The translations under genes were made by a program, and so were the position numbers. A stretch of 44,877 nt of DNA, taken from NCBI GenBank assembly GCA_964368385.1, contig CAYJAG010000002.1, positions 1 to 44,877 on the forward strand. Direction: 5' to 3'. Positions within the stretch are counted from its first letter, which is position 1. Each line of letters opens with the position of its first letter. The notes under the pieces were generated by a model. The model worked only from the letters and a program-made list of their open reading frames with translations, had not been told where the DNA came from and ran no database searches. Shown here piece after piece: positions 32,688 to 41,700 of this stretch. The stretch is from an uncultured Muribaculaceae bacterium. GTDB taxonomy: Bacteria; Pseudomonadota; Alphaproteobacteria; Rs-D84.

Positions 32688-33701
32688 CTATAATGTATGT
32701 TGATTGTTTGGTTTAAAATTCGGCTTTAATTTATTTTGAATGTTATGTTCTGAATTTTTTAATGAATTTATTTTTACGTTTTTTAAATATTTTGATAACT
32801 CTTCCACCAAGTCTTTTAGTGTTTTTATAAGTGCTGATTTAAAATTTATATTTTGGGATACGATAGTATTAATATCGCCAAAAATTGATTTTAAACAAGA
32901 ATATATTTTAACAACATACTCATCACCATTTACAGAGACAGGTTCTTTTTTTTGCAAATTTTCATATGACTTTATTAAACGATTTATATCAATCCATTCC
33001 AATTTGGCGAAATCGTTATTAAACATTTCCGATACTGATTGATATTTAGCATCTGCAAAATCTATAAAGGAAACAAGTTTTTTATTTTTGTCATAAAATA
33101 TATTATCTTGATTCATATCTCCATGAGAAAAAACAATACTTGGTCCCGCATGAGCGTTGTTTTTCAGCCAAGTCTGTGCCTGCTTTATAGTATTAAATTC
33201 TTTTGAAGACAAAAGATGACGCGCTTTGTCTAAATTACCCCAATTATCCGTTAAATCATTATATGTAAGCACAGGTTTCATTTGATTTATATCATTACAA
33301 AAATGTGCAATAGCATCATATATGATGTTTTTATCATCTTCGGATAGCTCGTTAAAATAATTCAAGTGCATGGGCTTTCCACGAACTTTATTTTCGATAG
33401 AAAAACCTTCATCTTTTAATATAAAAAGCGTTTGCGGAATAAAATAGTTAGGGCTTTTTGATCGAAGTAGTTGATTAGATACTTCTTGTGCATAGATTTG
33501 CTTTTCTAGCCATATTTCCTTTGATAATAGACCAGTCGAGGTTTTTATAACTATATTATCGCCATGATAAGCATAAGTTTCACGAAGCTTGTTCGTGTTT
33601 GCAAGCTCTAAATGTGAAAATTTATCGGAAGTATCAGCTTCACGGATAGAATTCGTGTCAACAGGCTTTAAATCTGAATTTTTTTTATTCATTTGTTGCA
33701 T
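32688..33701 (-). CDS. APH/choline-kinase-like phosphotransferase
   Basis: 337 aa and very AT-rich. IVFSHGDMNQDNIFYD (HxDxxxxN catalytic loop) and SFIDFADAKY (DFxD metal-binding motif). Confidence 0.78.
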   Translation of the reverse strand: MQQMNKKNSDLKPVDTNSIREADTSDKFSHLELANTNKLRETYAYHGDNIVIKTSTGLLSKEIWLEKQIYAQEVSNQLLRSKSPNYFIPQTLFILKDEGFSIENKVRGKPMHLNYFNELSEDDKNIIYDAIAHFCNDINQMKPVLTYNDLTDNWGNLDKARHLLSSKEFNTIKQAQTWLKNNAHAGPSIVFSHGDMNQDNIFYDKNKKLVSFIDFADAKYQSVSEMFNNDFAKLEWIDINRLIKSYENLQKKEPVSVNGDEYVVKIYSCLKSIFGDINTIVSQNINFKSALIKTLKDLVEELSKYLKNVKINSLKNSEHNIQNKLKPNFKPNNQHTL

Positions 33702-33723
33702 TATATCATAAAATTCTTATAAT
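33696..33723 (+). promoter_or_regulatory. Sigma70-type promoter placing the xseA ATG at or near +1 (leaderless)
   Basis: TTGCAT (33696-33701), 16 nt, TATAAT (33718-33723), 7 nt, ATG (33731). There is no SD sequence. Confidence 0.4.
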
Positions 33724-33730
33724 TTACAAC

Positions 33731-34900
33731 ATGCAAAAGCCAGAACCTCTTGTCCAATCAGATATGATTTTCAGCGTATCGGACGCATCCGCGTTGCTGA
33801 AGGGCGTTGTGGAAACAGCGTTTTCCCAGATTCGTATTCGGGGAGAATTGTCCCAGATAACTCGGGCCTCTAGCGGGCATGTTTATATGACTATCAAGGA
33901 TTCAGGGGCTGCAATCAATGCGATTATTTGGCGTGGAACACCATTGCCTTTTCAGTTGGCGGATGGATTGGAAGTAATTGTTTCTGGTAAATTTACGACC
34001 TATCCCGCGCGCAGTAATTATCAAATTATAGTATCTGAAATAGAAATGGCTGGCGTTGGGGCAATCCTTAAGATGTTGGAACAGCGCAAGCAAAAGTTGG
34101 CAGCCGAGGGGTTATTTGATGCTGCCCGCAAGCGCCCCTTGCCCAGATTCCCATCTGTAATCGGAATTGTTACCAGTCCAACTGGGGCCGCGTTCCAAGA
34201 CATTTGTAATCGCCTGCGCGAGCGTTTCCCGGTTCAGGTTTTATTGTATCCTGCAATGGTTCAGGGTGTGACCGCCGCGGCCGAGGTTGCAGCTGGGGTT
34301 AAATACTTTAACGATAAAAAAAATGTAGATGTAATAATTGTTGCCCGCGGCGGTGGATCGCTGGAAGATTTATTACCTTTTTCCGAAGAGATTGTTGTGC
34401 GCGCGGTTGCTGCATCCGAAATCCCGGTTGTTTCTGGTGTCGGGCACGAGCCTGATTGGATGCTGATAGATTTTGCCGCAGATGTTCGTGCGCCTACCCC
34501 AACTGGCGCGGCGGAAATTGTTGTTCCAACGAAAATTTCTTTGATACAAGAAACAGAAAACATCTGGCACAGAATTCATTCCAGTTTTACGACTGGGTTA
34601 AAAAATATGCGTCAGCACATCGAGGCCGTATCAATCAAAAGCCCGCGTCAGTTAATTATGGAGCAACAGCAAAGAGTTGATGATGCATCGAAAACATTAG
34701 GAATCATTTATACGAATAAGATTTTCAGCATGCGTCAGTCGGTTTTTCATTTCCAGCAGATGCTGAACTCGCTTAGTTATAAAAATGTTCTGAATCGGGG
34801 TTTTGCAATGGTTCGCAGCGGTGATAAAATTGTCAGTCGCGCATCTGATTTCCAGCGTCCCGCCAAAATTGAATTCAGTGATGGTGTGATTGAGGTTTAA
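33731..34900 (+). CDS. xseA: Exodeoxyribonuclease VII large subunit
   Basis: 389 aa. The N-terminal OB fold is VSDASALLKGVVE...IRIRGELSQITRASSGHVYMTIKD. GIVTSPTGAAFQDI and VARGGGSLEDL motifs are present. Confidence 0.9.
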   Translation: MQKPEPLVQSDMIFSVSDASALLKGVVETAFSQIRIRGELSQITRASSGHVYMTIKDSGAAINAIIWRGTPLPFQLADGLEVIVSGKFTTYPARSNYQIIVSEIEMAGVGAILKMLEQRKQKLAAEGLFDAARKRPLPRFPSVIGIVTSPTGAAFQDICNRLRERFPVQVLLYPAMVQGVTAAAEVAAGVKYFNDKKNVDVIIVARGGGSLEDLLPFSEEIVVRAVAASEIPVVSGVGHEPDWMLIDFAADVRAPTPTGAAEIVVPTKISLIQETENIWHRIHSSFTTGLKNMRQHIEAVSIKSPRQLIMEQQQRVDDASKTLGIIYTNKIFSMRQSVFHFQQMLNSLSYKNVLNRGFAMVRSGDKIVSRASDFQRPAKIEFSDGVIEV

Positions 34901-36510
34901 TTTTTTATCAATGTTTTTGCGGTGGCGATTGATTCCGGCGTAATTTTATCACCACTGATAATTCTGGCAATTTCGTTAATGCGTGCGTCATTTTCTATCT
35001 TGCAAACACTGGTTGTGGTTGTGTCCGCTGTAGAATTCTTTTGTATTAAAAAGTGGAAATCAGCAAAACCGGCAACCTGGGCTGAATGAGTAATTACCAA
35101 TGCCTGACCATTTTTTGCGAGTCTTGATAATCTTGCGCCAACCGCGCTGGCTGTGGCCCCACTGATACCGGTATCAACCTCATCAAATATAAAAGTTTTT
35201 GCAGTTGAATTGCCCATTAAAACCACCCGCAATGCCAACATCATACGCGCCAGCTCGCCCCCACTTGCTATTTTATGCAGCGGTGCAAAAGGCGTCCCAG
35301 GGTTTGTTTTAATCAAAAAAACAACTTCATCACTGCCGTGCGCGCTGGCAGCGCCCGATGAAATTTCAACCTGAAAATCGGCCTGCCCCAGCTTTAAGTC
35401 CGGAAATTCAACCACAATTTCAGTGCGTAATGCAGCAGATGCGGCAACCCGTTCCTTGGTTAAATTCGCTGCAATTTTTGCATACTCGGATTTTCGGGCA
35501 TTCGCGGCCATGGTGGCCGTTTTTAATTCTGCATCCGAATTATCAATAGCATTCAGCTGCTGGGTCATTTCTTGTAATTTTTGTGGCAATTCGTCCGCTG
35601 ATACCCTGTGCTTGCGTGCAGCAGCACGAATTGCAAACAGACGGGATTCAATGCTTTCCAATGATTCTGTGTCGGTCTCGACTGGTGCTATTTTACTTTC
35701 CAGATCTGCCGCTGTTTCCGCAATGTTATAAAGAGCGTCAATTTGACCAGAATAAGGGTTTGGTTCGGTCTTTATCCGCTCTAAAATATGCGCTATATTG
35801 AAAATCTTTTCGTCCAATCCACAGATTGCCTGGCTGGCATCATTTAATATGGCGGAATTTTTTTCAGCATCCATCATTTGGGCGCGACTGGCGGCCAGCT
35901 CTTCTTCTTCCCCCGGTCTGGGATTCAGCGCAGTCAGCTCTTTTACATTATGTTCCAAAAACTCGCGGTCGGCCGCACTGCGACTAAGCAGCTCTTGCAG
36001 CTCTTTTAATCGTTTTTCAGCATTGTGAAGCAAAGTATATGCTTCGCGGACTGGGGTTAAATTATAACCACCGAACTCGTCAAGGGCCGTAATATGTGTT
36101 GTTGTATCCAACAAAGAATGATTTTCAAATTGACCATGAATTTCGCAAATCTGATCACCGACTTGCTTTAATGTTTTAATGCTGACCGGGACATCATTAA
36201 CCCAGGCCTTACTTTTCCCATCCGTGAAAAGCTGACGCCGCAAAATCAAGGTTCCGTCAGATTCAATTCCTTGTTCGGATAAAATTTCCAAATAATTCGG
36301 GCAGCTAAATTCTGCAATTACCTGGGCGTTTTCGCATCCGTGTCGGACCAATCCAGTATCACTTCGCGCGCCCAAAGAAAGTGCCAAAGCGTCCAGTAAA
36401 ATAGACTTGCCCGCGCCGGTTTCGCCAGTCATGACGTTTAACCCGGCGCCGAATTCCAAATTAAGCTTGTCAATTAAAACGATGTTGGAAATATGCAGGT
36501 TTGTCAGCAT
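34897..36510 (-). CDS. recN: DNA repair protein RecN
   Basis: Internal ATG at 36510 gives MLTNLHISNIVLIDKLNLEF. Motifs are GETGAGKSILLDAL (Walker A), ASGGELARMMLAL (signature) and FIFDEVDTGISG (Walker B). The stop overlaps the xseA stop. Confidence 0.93.
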   Translation of the reverse strand: MLTNLHISNIVLIDKLNLEFGAGLNVMTGETGAGKSILLDALALSLGARSDTGLVRHGCENAQVIAEFSCPNYLEILSEQGIESDGTLILRRQLFTDGKSKAWVNDVPVSIKTLKQVGDQICEIHGQFENHSLLDTTTHITALDEFGGYNLTPVREAYTLLHNAEKRLKELQELLSRSAADREFLEHNVKELTALNPRPGEEEELAASRAQMMDAEKNSAILNDASQAICGLDEKIFNIAHILERIKTEPNPYSGQIDALYNIAETAADLESKIAPVETDTESLESIESRLFAIRAAARKHRVSADELPQKLQEMTQQLNAIDNSDAELKTATMAANARKSEYAKIAANLTKERVAASAALRTEIVVEFPDLKLGQADFQVEISSGAASAHGSDEVVFLIKTNPGTPFAPLHKIASGGELARMMLALRVVLMGNSTAKTFIFDEVDTGISGATASAVGARLSRLAKNGQALVITHSAQVAGFADFHFLIQKNSTADTTTTSVCKIENDARINEIARIISGDKITPESIATAKTLIKN

Positions 36511-36516
36511 GTGGGT

Positions 36517-36546
36517 ATTATAGAATAAAAAACCCTGCCTATTCAA
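36517..36546 (-). promoter_or_regulatory. Sigma70-type promoter placing the recN ATG at or near +1 (leaderless)
   Basis: The minus strand reads TTGAAT (36546-36541), 18 nt, TATAAT (36522-36517), 6 nt, ATG (36510). There is no SD sequence. Confidence 0.4.
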
Positions 36547-36976
36547 CGATTTTTTCCAGCTGCCAATTATTCAGCCACAGGATAAATCCAAAAATCTTGG
36601 AATCTGGATAAGCCGCGCCCAGCAGTGTTGCATAAATTTTCATAGTGTTTTCATAATCGCCGCGTCGCATCCGATTTGTATCGGTTTTATAGTCAATAAA
36701 CAGTATTTTTTGACCTGCCCCATCATTTATAAAAACCAGCCGGTCAATCCGCTTGCTGTAAAATTTTCCAGAAACGAAGCCAGCAACAGGAACCTCGGCG
36801 CGGCTGGTCAAGCCCCAAAATCTTGATAATTCTGGGTCGGATTTTATTTTTTTCGCCAGTTCAGTATCATCACCAAGTTGTAAAAATTGTAGCTGCCGAT
36901 GAATGTCTGTACCATGGTCAGTTGCGATTTTTGCGCCTGATTTTTTCGATAAAAATTCTGCCATACTCTCAGTCAT
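36539..36976 (-). CDS. addA: AddA C-terminal PD-(D/E)XK nuclease domain encoded as a separate ORF
   Basis: 145 aa. HGTDIHRQLQFLQ, KRIDRLVF and ILFIDYKTD are the RecB-family nuclease motifs. Its ATG overlaps the helicase ORF stop (ATGACTGA). Confidence 0.75.
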   Translation of the reverse strand: MTESMAEFLSKKSGAKIATDHGTDIHRQLQFLQLGDDTELAKKIKSDPELSRFWGLTSRAEVPVAGFVSGKFYSKRIDRLVFINDGAGQKILFIDYKTDTNRMRRGDYENTMKIYATLLGAAYPDSKIFGFILWLNNWQLEKIVE

Positions 36977-39518
36977 TTTCTATCACTATTTTTTCGCCGT
37001 CAAACTTTGCAGATGGCATTGATTGCAGAACTTCCCAAAGTTTTGTGTGCCATGCATCTATTGGTGGATTTTTATTTGTGCAGAATCCATAAATATACAG
37101 CCCATCCCGCGCACGCGTCATTGCTACATACAGCAGACGCCAGTATTCTGCCATTTTTTTATCCATGTCAATCTGGGCTGCTTTGTTCCACAAATCTGAA
37201 TTATTGGTGCGCGGAGACCACAACCATCCATCAGAAACGATCGGCACAACCTTTTCCGGCTTGTCACGTGGGGTGCGGATTGTGTCTATTAAAAATACTA
37301 TTGGGGCTTCCAAGCCTTTGCTGCTGTGGGTTGTCGCGATGCGAACCCCGTCTGCGGCGCTGGTTTCGCGCTTTATTTCACTGCCACCTTCAATGAACCA
37401 TTTCATAAAATGCCGCAGCATTCCGCTTTGTGTTCTTTCATACGAAAGGCATATGGTAAGGAATTCTTCCAAAGGCTCTATAATTTGCCCACCCAGTGCG
37501 GCGACCATTTTTTCGCGCCGATTTTCAGTATTCAGCACCCGTATAAAAAAAGAATAAGGCGCAAGAGTTTTTGACCAATCGGCTATTTCTGAAAGCCTTG
37601 CATAAATTTCGGGATGCCCGGATTCCAGCATTTCATAAACGCTGGCTTTGTCGCGATTGTTGCACAGCGCGAACAAATCGCGCTCAGACAGACGAAACAG
37701 CGGACTTTTTAATACACATGTCAAAGAATAGCTGTCATTATTATCAATGCACCAGCGGGTTAAATTCAGCAAGTCCCGAATTGCTGGAAATTCAGGCAAA
37801 ACAATTCGATCGCTGCCCGCAACCGCAATGTTGCGCTTTTTCAATTCATTCACCAATGCGGCCGCAAAAGGTGCGCGGCGTTGAACCAGTACCATGATGT
37901 CGCTGGGCGCGGCACCGCCTTTTATTTTCGCTTCAATGTCATCTGCGATTTTTGTAATGTACTCGCGCCGTGCGATTGCCGTTTTTTCTTCGGATTTAGT
38001 CAGTTTATTCAGTTCTACGCAACCTGTGGCAGTTTTGCGAAAAACTTTGTGATCATTGTTTGCAAAACCCTCAAGTCTGTCAAAAAAGAAATCGACTGCC
38101 GCTAAAATTGGTGCTGCGCTGCGAAAACTTTGCGCCAGTGGAATTTCCTGAATCGTCCGCAAATTGTTTTTTATTTGCGCGTCGATTTCTGTCCGAGATG
38201 CGGCAAAAGCATCGGGATTTGCGCCCTGAAACCCATAAATAGATTGTTTAGTATCGCCAACAACGAATAAAGAATGCGGATTTTCAGCTTTATCACCATC
38301 CGTAAAAAAATCAGTTCCCAAAGCTTTTAATATATCCCATTGCTGGGGCGATGTATCCTGGGCTTCATCAACCAAAATATGATGCAGTGACAAATCCAAC
38401 TGGGATAAAACCCAACCCATATTTTCAGGATTTGCAAATAATTGACGCGTGTAAAGAATCAAATCATCAAAATCTAATAAATTGCGCGCAGATTTCAATT
38501 CTTTGTAAGTTTTTGCAAATGCCGATGAAATGTCAAACAAAGCAGTCGTATCTTGGAAAATTTGTAGATTTTCATCTTGTTGAGAAATTATGTAAATTCG
38601 ATCTTGCTCGGCAACCAGATAATCTTTTTTTGCAACATTCGCAATTTTGCTGTTTGTAGCTGTCAGATAAGCTGTTTTGTATTCTGAGAAATTTATAGTC
38701 TTGTCAATGTATTGTTTTGTTAAGTTAACAATTTTTATTAAGTATCCAGCCGGCTTTTTTGATGATTTTATCTCATATTCCGCCAATTCAATGATTTTTT
38801 GCAGGTTTGATTGGGGAATTTCTATCTGAATCGGCCCATCAAGTTCTAAAAAATTTCTAGCTGTATCAATGAATTGTTTTTGATAGTTATCAAGATTTGT
38901 GATTCCAAAAAAGTGCTTGTATTGGTTTATCAGTATCCCCAATAAGTCATCCAAAGAATGTTCGGACAGACGCCCAACTATGTGCGTAAAAGCATCACGC
39001 ACATTCTGGTCAGCGTCAGAATTTATTAATTTCTGAAATGCATCACGTAATAAACGGCGTTGATCTGCATCGGACACCAGTCCCCATGCTGGCGCTATGC
39101 CTGCCTCTATTGGAAATCTGCGTAAAATTTCTTCGCAAAAGCCATGGATTGTTTTAATTTTCAATATATCTGGGTTATCAATGTAAGTATAAAAAATCGC
39201 ACGAGCGTGTGCCAAGTCTTCATCTGTTGAAACTTTATTGTATCTGATGTCTATCAGCATTTCTTTGAGTGTTTCATCATCTGCCATTACCCATTCCCGT
39301 AATGCGTCCAAAATTCTGTTGCGCATTTCTGATGCGGCTGCATTTGTATAAGTCAGGCACAAAATTCCGTTACCGACATCACTACGAAATAAAATACGCA
39401 GCAAGCGCTGCACCAAAACGCTGGTCTTGCCGGTGCCGGCATTGGCCTGGACCCACACATTCAAATCTGGGTCAGATGCTTTGGTTTGTTCAGAAGATAG
39501 TATACGCTTTTGTGTCAT
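36969..39518 (-). CDS. addA: AddA double-strand-break repair helicase (UvrD/Rep superfamily 1 part)
   Basis: 849 aa. VQANAGTGKTSVL (motif I), DEAQDTSP (II), VGDTKQSIYGFQGA (III), TTHSSKGLEAP (V) and LYVAMTRARD (VI). Confidence 0.9.
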   Translation of the reverse strand: MTQKRILSSEQTKASDPDLNVWVQANAGTGKTSVLVQRLLRILFRSDVGNGILCLTYTNAAASEMRNRILDALREWVMADDETLKEMLIDIRYNKVSTDEDLAHARAIFYTYIDNPDILKIKTIHGFCEEILRRFPIEAGIAPAWGLVSDADQRRLLRDAFQKLINSDADQNVRDAFTHIVGRLSEHSLDDLLGILINQYKHFFGITNLDNYQKQFIDTARNFLELDGPIQIEIPQSNLQKIIELAEYEIKSSKKPAGYLIKIVNLTKQYIDKTINFSEYKTAYLTATNSKIANVAKKDYLVAEQDRIYIISQQDENLQIFQDTTALFDISSAFAKTYKELKSARNLLDFDDLILYTRQLFANPENMGWVLSQLDLSLHHILVDEAQDTSPQQWDILKALGTDFFTDGDKAENPHSLFVVGDTKQSIYGFQGANPDAFAASRTEIDAQIKNNLRTIQEIPLAQSFRSAAPILAAVDFFFDRLEGFANNDHKVFRKTATGCVELNKLTKSEEKTAIARREYITKIADDIEAKIKGGAAPSDIMVLVQRRAPFAAALVNELKKRNIAVAGSDRIVLPEFPAIRDLLNLTRWCIDNNDSYSLTCVLKSPLFRLSERDLFALCNNRDKASVYEMLESGHPEIYARLSEIADWSKTLAPYSFFIRVLNTENRREKMVAALGGQIIEPLEEFLTICLSYERTQSGMLRHFMKWFIEGGSEIKRETSAADGVRIATTHSSKGLEAPIVFLIDTIRTPRDKPEKVVPIVSDGWLWSPRTNNSDLWNKAAQIDMDKKMAEYWRLLYVAMTRARDGLYIYGFCTNKNPPIDAWHTKLWEVLQSMPSAKFDGEKIVIEND

Positions 39519-39677
39519 TTTGCTGTTGATTGATTACGCTGATTGTAGTATAGATTTTATTATAATTCAAGGAGTCTGATTTATGCCGATGAATATGTTT
39601 CGGCAGATTAGATTATTTGACTAGACTTTGGTTTGGAAAATTTACTATCATTGCCGAAGCAATAATCGGAGAGAAAA

Positions 39678-41618
39678 GTGGAACTGAATAATTTTGTTTT
39701 AAGTGGTGCCGCAATCGCTGGAGTTTTGGCCATTGCCGGTGTGGTCGCATTGTTTTTTGTATCACGAAAATCCCAGAAAGCTATGGAATCCATGCTTTTG
39801 TTGCTGACCAAGCCCGAGCGAGCAAAGATTCAAGATGCAGCGCGCGTTTTGCATGTGGTCATGGCCGATGAAATCACAAAGATCGAGGATATCTTCAAGG
39901 CCATGCAGGATGCCTTGGTCGCCCAGATTGGCCAGGCCTCTGCATTAGAAAAAGAACTGGGCGCGCGTAATTCTGCCTTGGTAGAACTGGCAGATGAAGC
40001 TGTCAGAAAAATTTCAACAATGTCATCCCGTTTGGAAAGTACTGCAGGTGGATTCCAGACAATAGTTAATAGTCACGAATGGGCGGAAGTCGAAGCATCT
40101 TGCGAGCGATTCCAAAGCCGTATCAATGAATTATTAAATAGAATTGATTCTGTTTCTAATGAAGCGACAGAACATGCACGTGTCTTGCAAGGTCATATAG
40201 AAAGCTGGGTTGGATCTGGGAAAACTTTGTCTGCCCAGTTGCAATCGGACATTGAAAATAACACCAGCCAGATAAATTCTATGGTTGTGGAATCAGAAGC
40301 GATGCAGCAAAAATTATCCGAGCTGTCCAGTTCAGTTGCTGCTGGATTTACCGAGGTTAAGAAAGAAGTTTCAGATTACGAAAATTTGATGACTACAAAC
40401 GACAAGCTGTTGGGCAACCAGTTGGAAAAAATGGATGCATTTACCAATCAATCAAAAAAATTGCTTTCGTCCCAGTTGAATAACTTGACCAGCACTGCGA
40501 ATGCAGTCGGCAGCCAGATTAGGTTGGCCGAGGCTTCTATTGAAAAACAAGAAAAAGGACTGGCCACAGCAGTTGCCAACTTGATGGAATCATCACAAAC
40601 GACCGAAGGATTTATCAAGACTATCGCAGGTGAAGTTACAGGTTTATCCGGCAAGTTCCAAATAGAAATCCGCGATTTTGCAACTGGCATTGTGGGCGAA
40701 TTGAATACTGTTCATGGCGTGGCAACTACGACACTTGCGGACACCAAAGTAGCGGCTGGTGCATTCTCGGACTCGGTTCGGGCAATGACCGAAGGTGTGC
40801 GCGAGACTTTGATAGAGATGAATGCCGCGCATGTGCAGCTGACTGGCCAATCACAAGAACTGGTCAAGGTTTCATCAGAAACAACCGAGCAATTACGACC
40901 TTTATCAGAGCTGATTGAAAAGTATTATACATCCCTGCCCGACCTTACGCGCGGCTCGGCTGAAATGACGTCGCAGCTTTCGGGTGAAATTGCCTCATTG
41001 GACGCAAAGATTCGCGAACTTGCATCGGCCGTTGAAAATTCAATCACAGGTATTGCAGATTCTTCGTTAAAATTAGAGCATTTATCCGGACAATCGCGTC
41101 AGCAAATGATTGATTTATTGTCTGACTATGCCAAGGCAACAGATACCATGCAGACATTAAATCGCCAAATGATGGAGGCCCGGGCGGCTGCGCCCATGGA
41201 GGCAATTTCACAAAGACCAGAGAGTCGAGATGCAAAATCAGGTGTGGCAAGAATTTCCAGCAGCGATTTTATCAAGTACTCAGAAGGAATAATGGAAAAG
41301 CTGCATGAATTGTCCGTAGATTTGACCAGGGCGGCTGGTGCAGAGATTCCTGCCTCGGTTTGGAGCAAGTATCAGGCTGGCGACAAAACCATTTTCAGCA
41401 AATGGTTTGCCAAGATGTTGGGCGCTGCTGACAAGCGCCGCATACGCGACTTATTTAAAAACGATGCTGTATTCCGCAGCCAGGCAACCCAGTTTGTTCG
41501 TGGCTTTGCGAAAATGATGGCCGGGGCGGAACAGACTGATAACAAGGAAATGGTCGCAGCAACTCTGCTGAAAACAGACTTGGGCCAAATGTATCTGGCA
41601 TTAAAGGCAAACTTGTAA
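39678..41618 (+). CDS. Membrane-anchored long coiled-coil protein with a distinct C-terminal domain, no family name assigned
   Basis: 646 aa. GTG start preceded by GGAGAG. N-terminal TM is LSGAAIAGVLAIAGVVALFFV, followed by about 450 aa of heptad-like sequence. The C-terminal region is SVWSKYQAGDKTIFSKWFAKMLG...FVRGFAKMMAGAEQ...LLKTDLGQMYLAL. Confidence 0.8.
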   Translation: MELNNFVLSGAAIAGVLAIAGVVALFFVSRKSQKAMESMLLLLTKPERAKIQDAARVLHVVMADEITKIEDIFKAMQDALVAQIGQASALEKELGARNSALVELADEAVRKISTMSSRLESTAGGFQTIVNSHEWAEVEASCERFQSRINELLNRIDSVSNEATEHARVLQGHIESWVGSGKTLSAQLQSDIENNTSQINSMVVESEAMQQKLSELSSSVAAGFTEVKKEVSDYENLMTTNDKLLGNQLEKMDAFTNQSKKLLSSQLNNLTSTANAVGSQIRLAEASIEKQEKGLATAVANLMESSQTTEGFIKTIAGEVTGLSGKFQIEIRDFATGIVGELNTVHGVATTTLADTKVAAGAFSDSVRAMTEGVRETLIEMNAAHVQLTGQSQELVKVSSETTEQLRPLSELIEKYYTSLPDLTRGSAEMTSQLSGEIASLDAKIRELASAVENSITGIADSSLKLEHLSGQSRQQMIDLLSDYAKATDTMQTLNRQMMEARAAAPMEAISQRPESRDAKSGVARISSSDFIKYSEGIMEKLHELSVDLTRAAGAEIPASVWSKYQAGDKTIFSKWFAKMLGAADKRRIRDLFKNDAVFRSQATQFVRGFAKMMAGAEQTDNKEMVAATLLKTDLGQMYLALKANL

Positions 41619-41700
41619 AAGATTGATTTAATATGCTTTTCCACTTGAAAATGTGTCTGATATGAACTATATTCAGCAGGCTGAATTAAAAAGGTTTTCC

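Noticed and set aside
7230-33701. Considered calling the AT-rich segments mobile elements or genomic islands: 7230-8100, 13335-13823, 19307-20382, 28922-29214 and 32109-33701.
   Set aside because: No integrase, transposase, inverted or direct terminal repeats, or duplicated tRNA 3' ends are visible. The composition shift was judged by eye only. They are reported as orphan insertions, not as mobile_element features.
34897-34900. Convergent xseA and recN overlap at their stop codons (TTTAA). The GT2 gene and the 19307 ORF stops are likewise only 3 nt apart.
   Set aside because: This is consistent with general genome compaction. No hairpin or other element is present, so nothing is annotated beyond the overlap itself.
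36511-36600. Looked for an SOS (LexA) box of the alphaproteobacterial GTTC-N7-GTTC / GAAC-N7-GAAC type upstream of recN.
   Set aside because: No such direct repeat is present in the 90 nt upstream, so no SOS operator is called.
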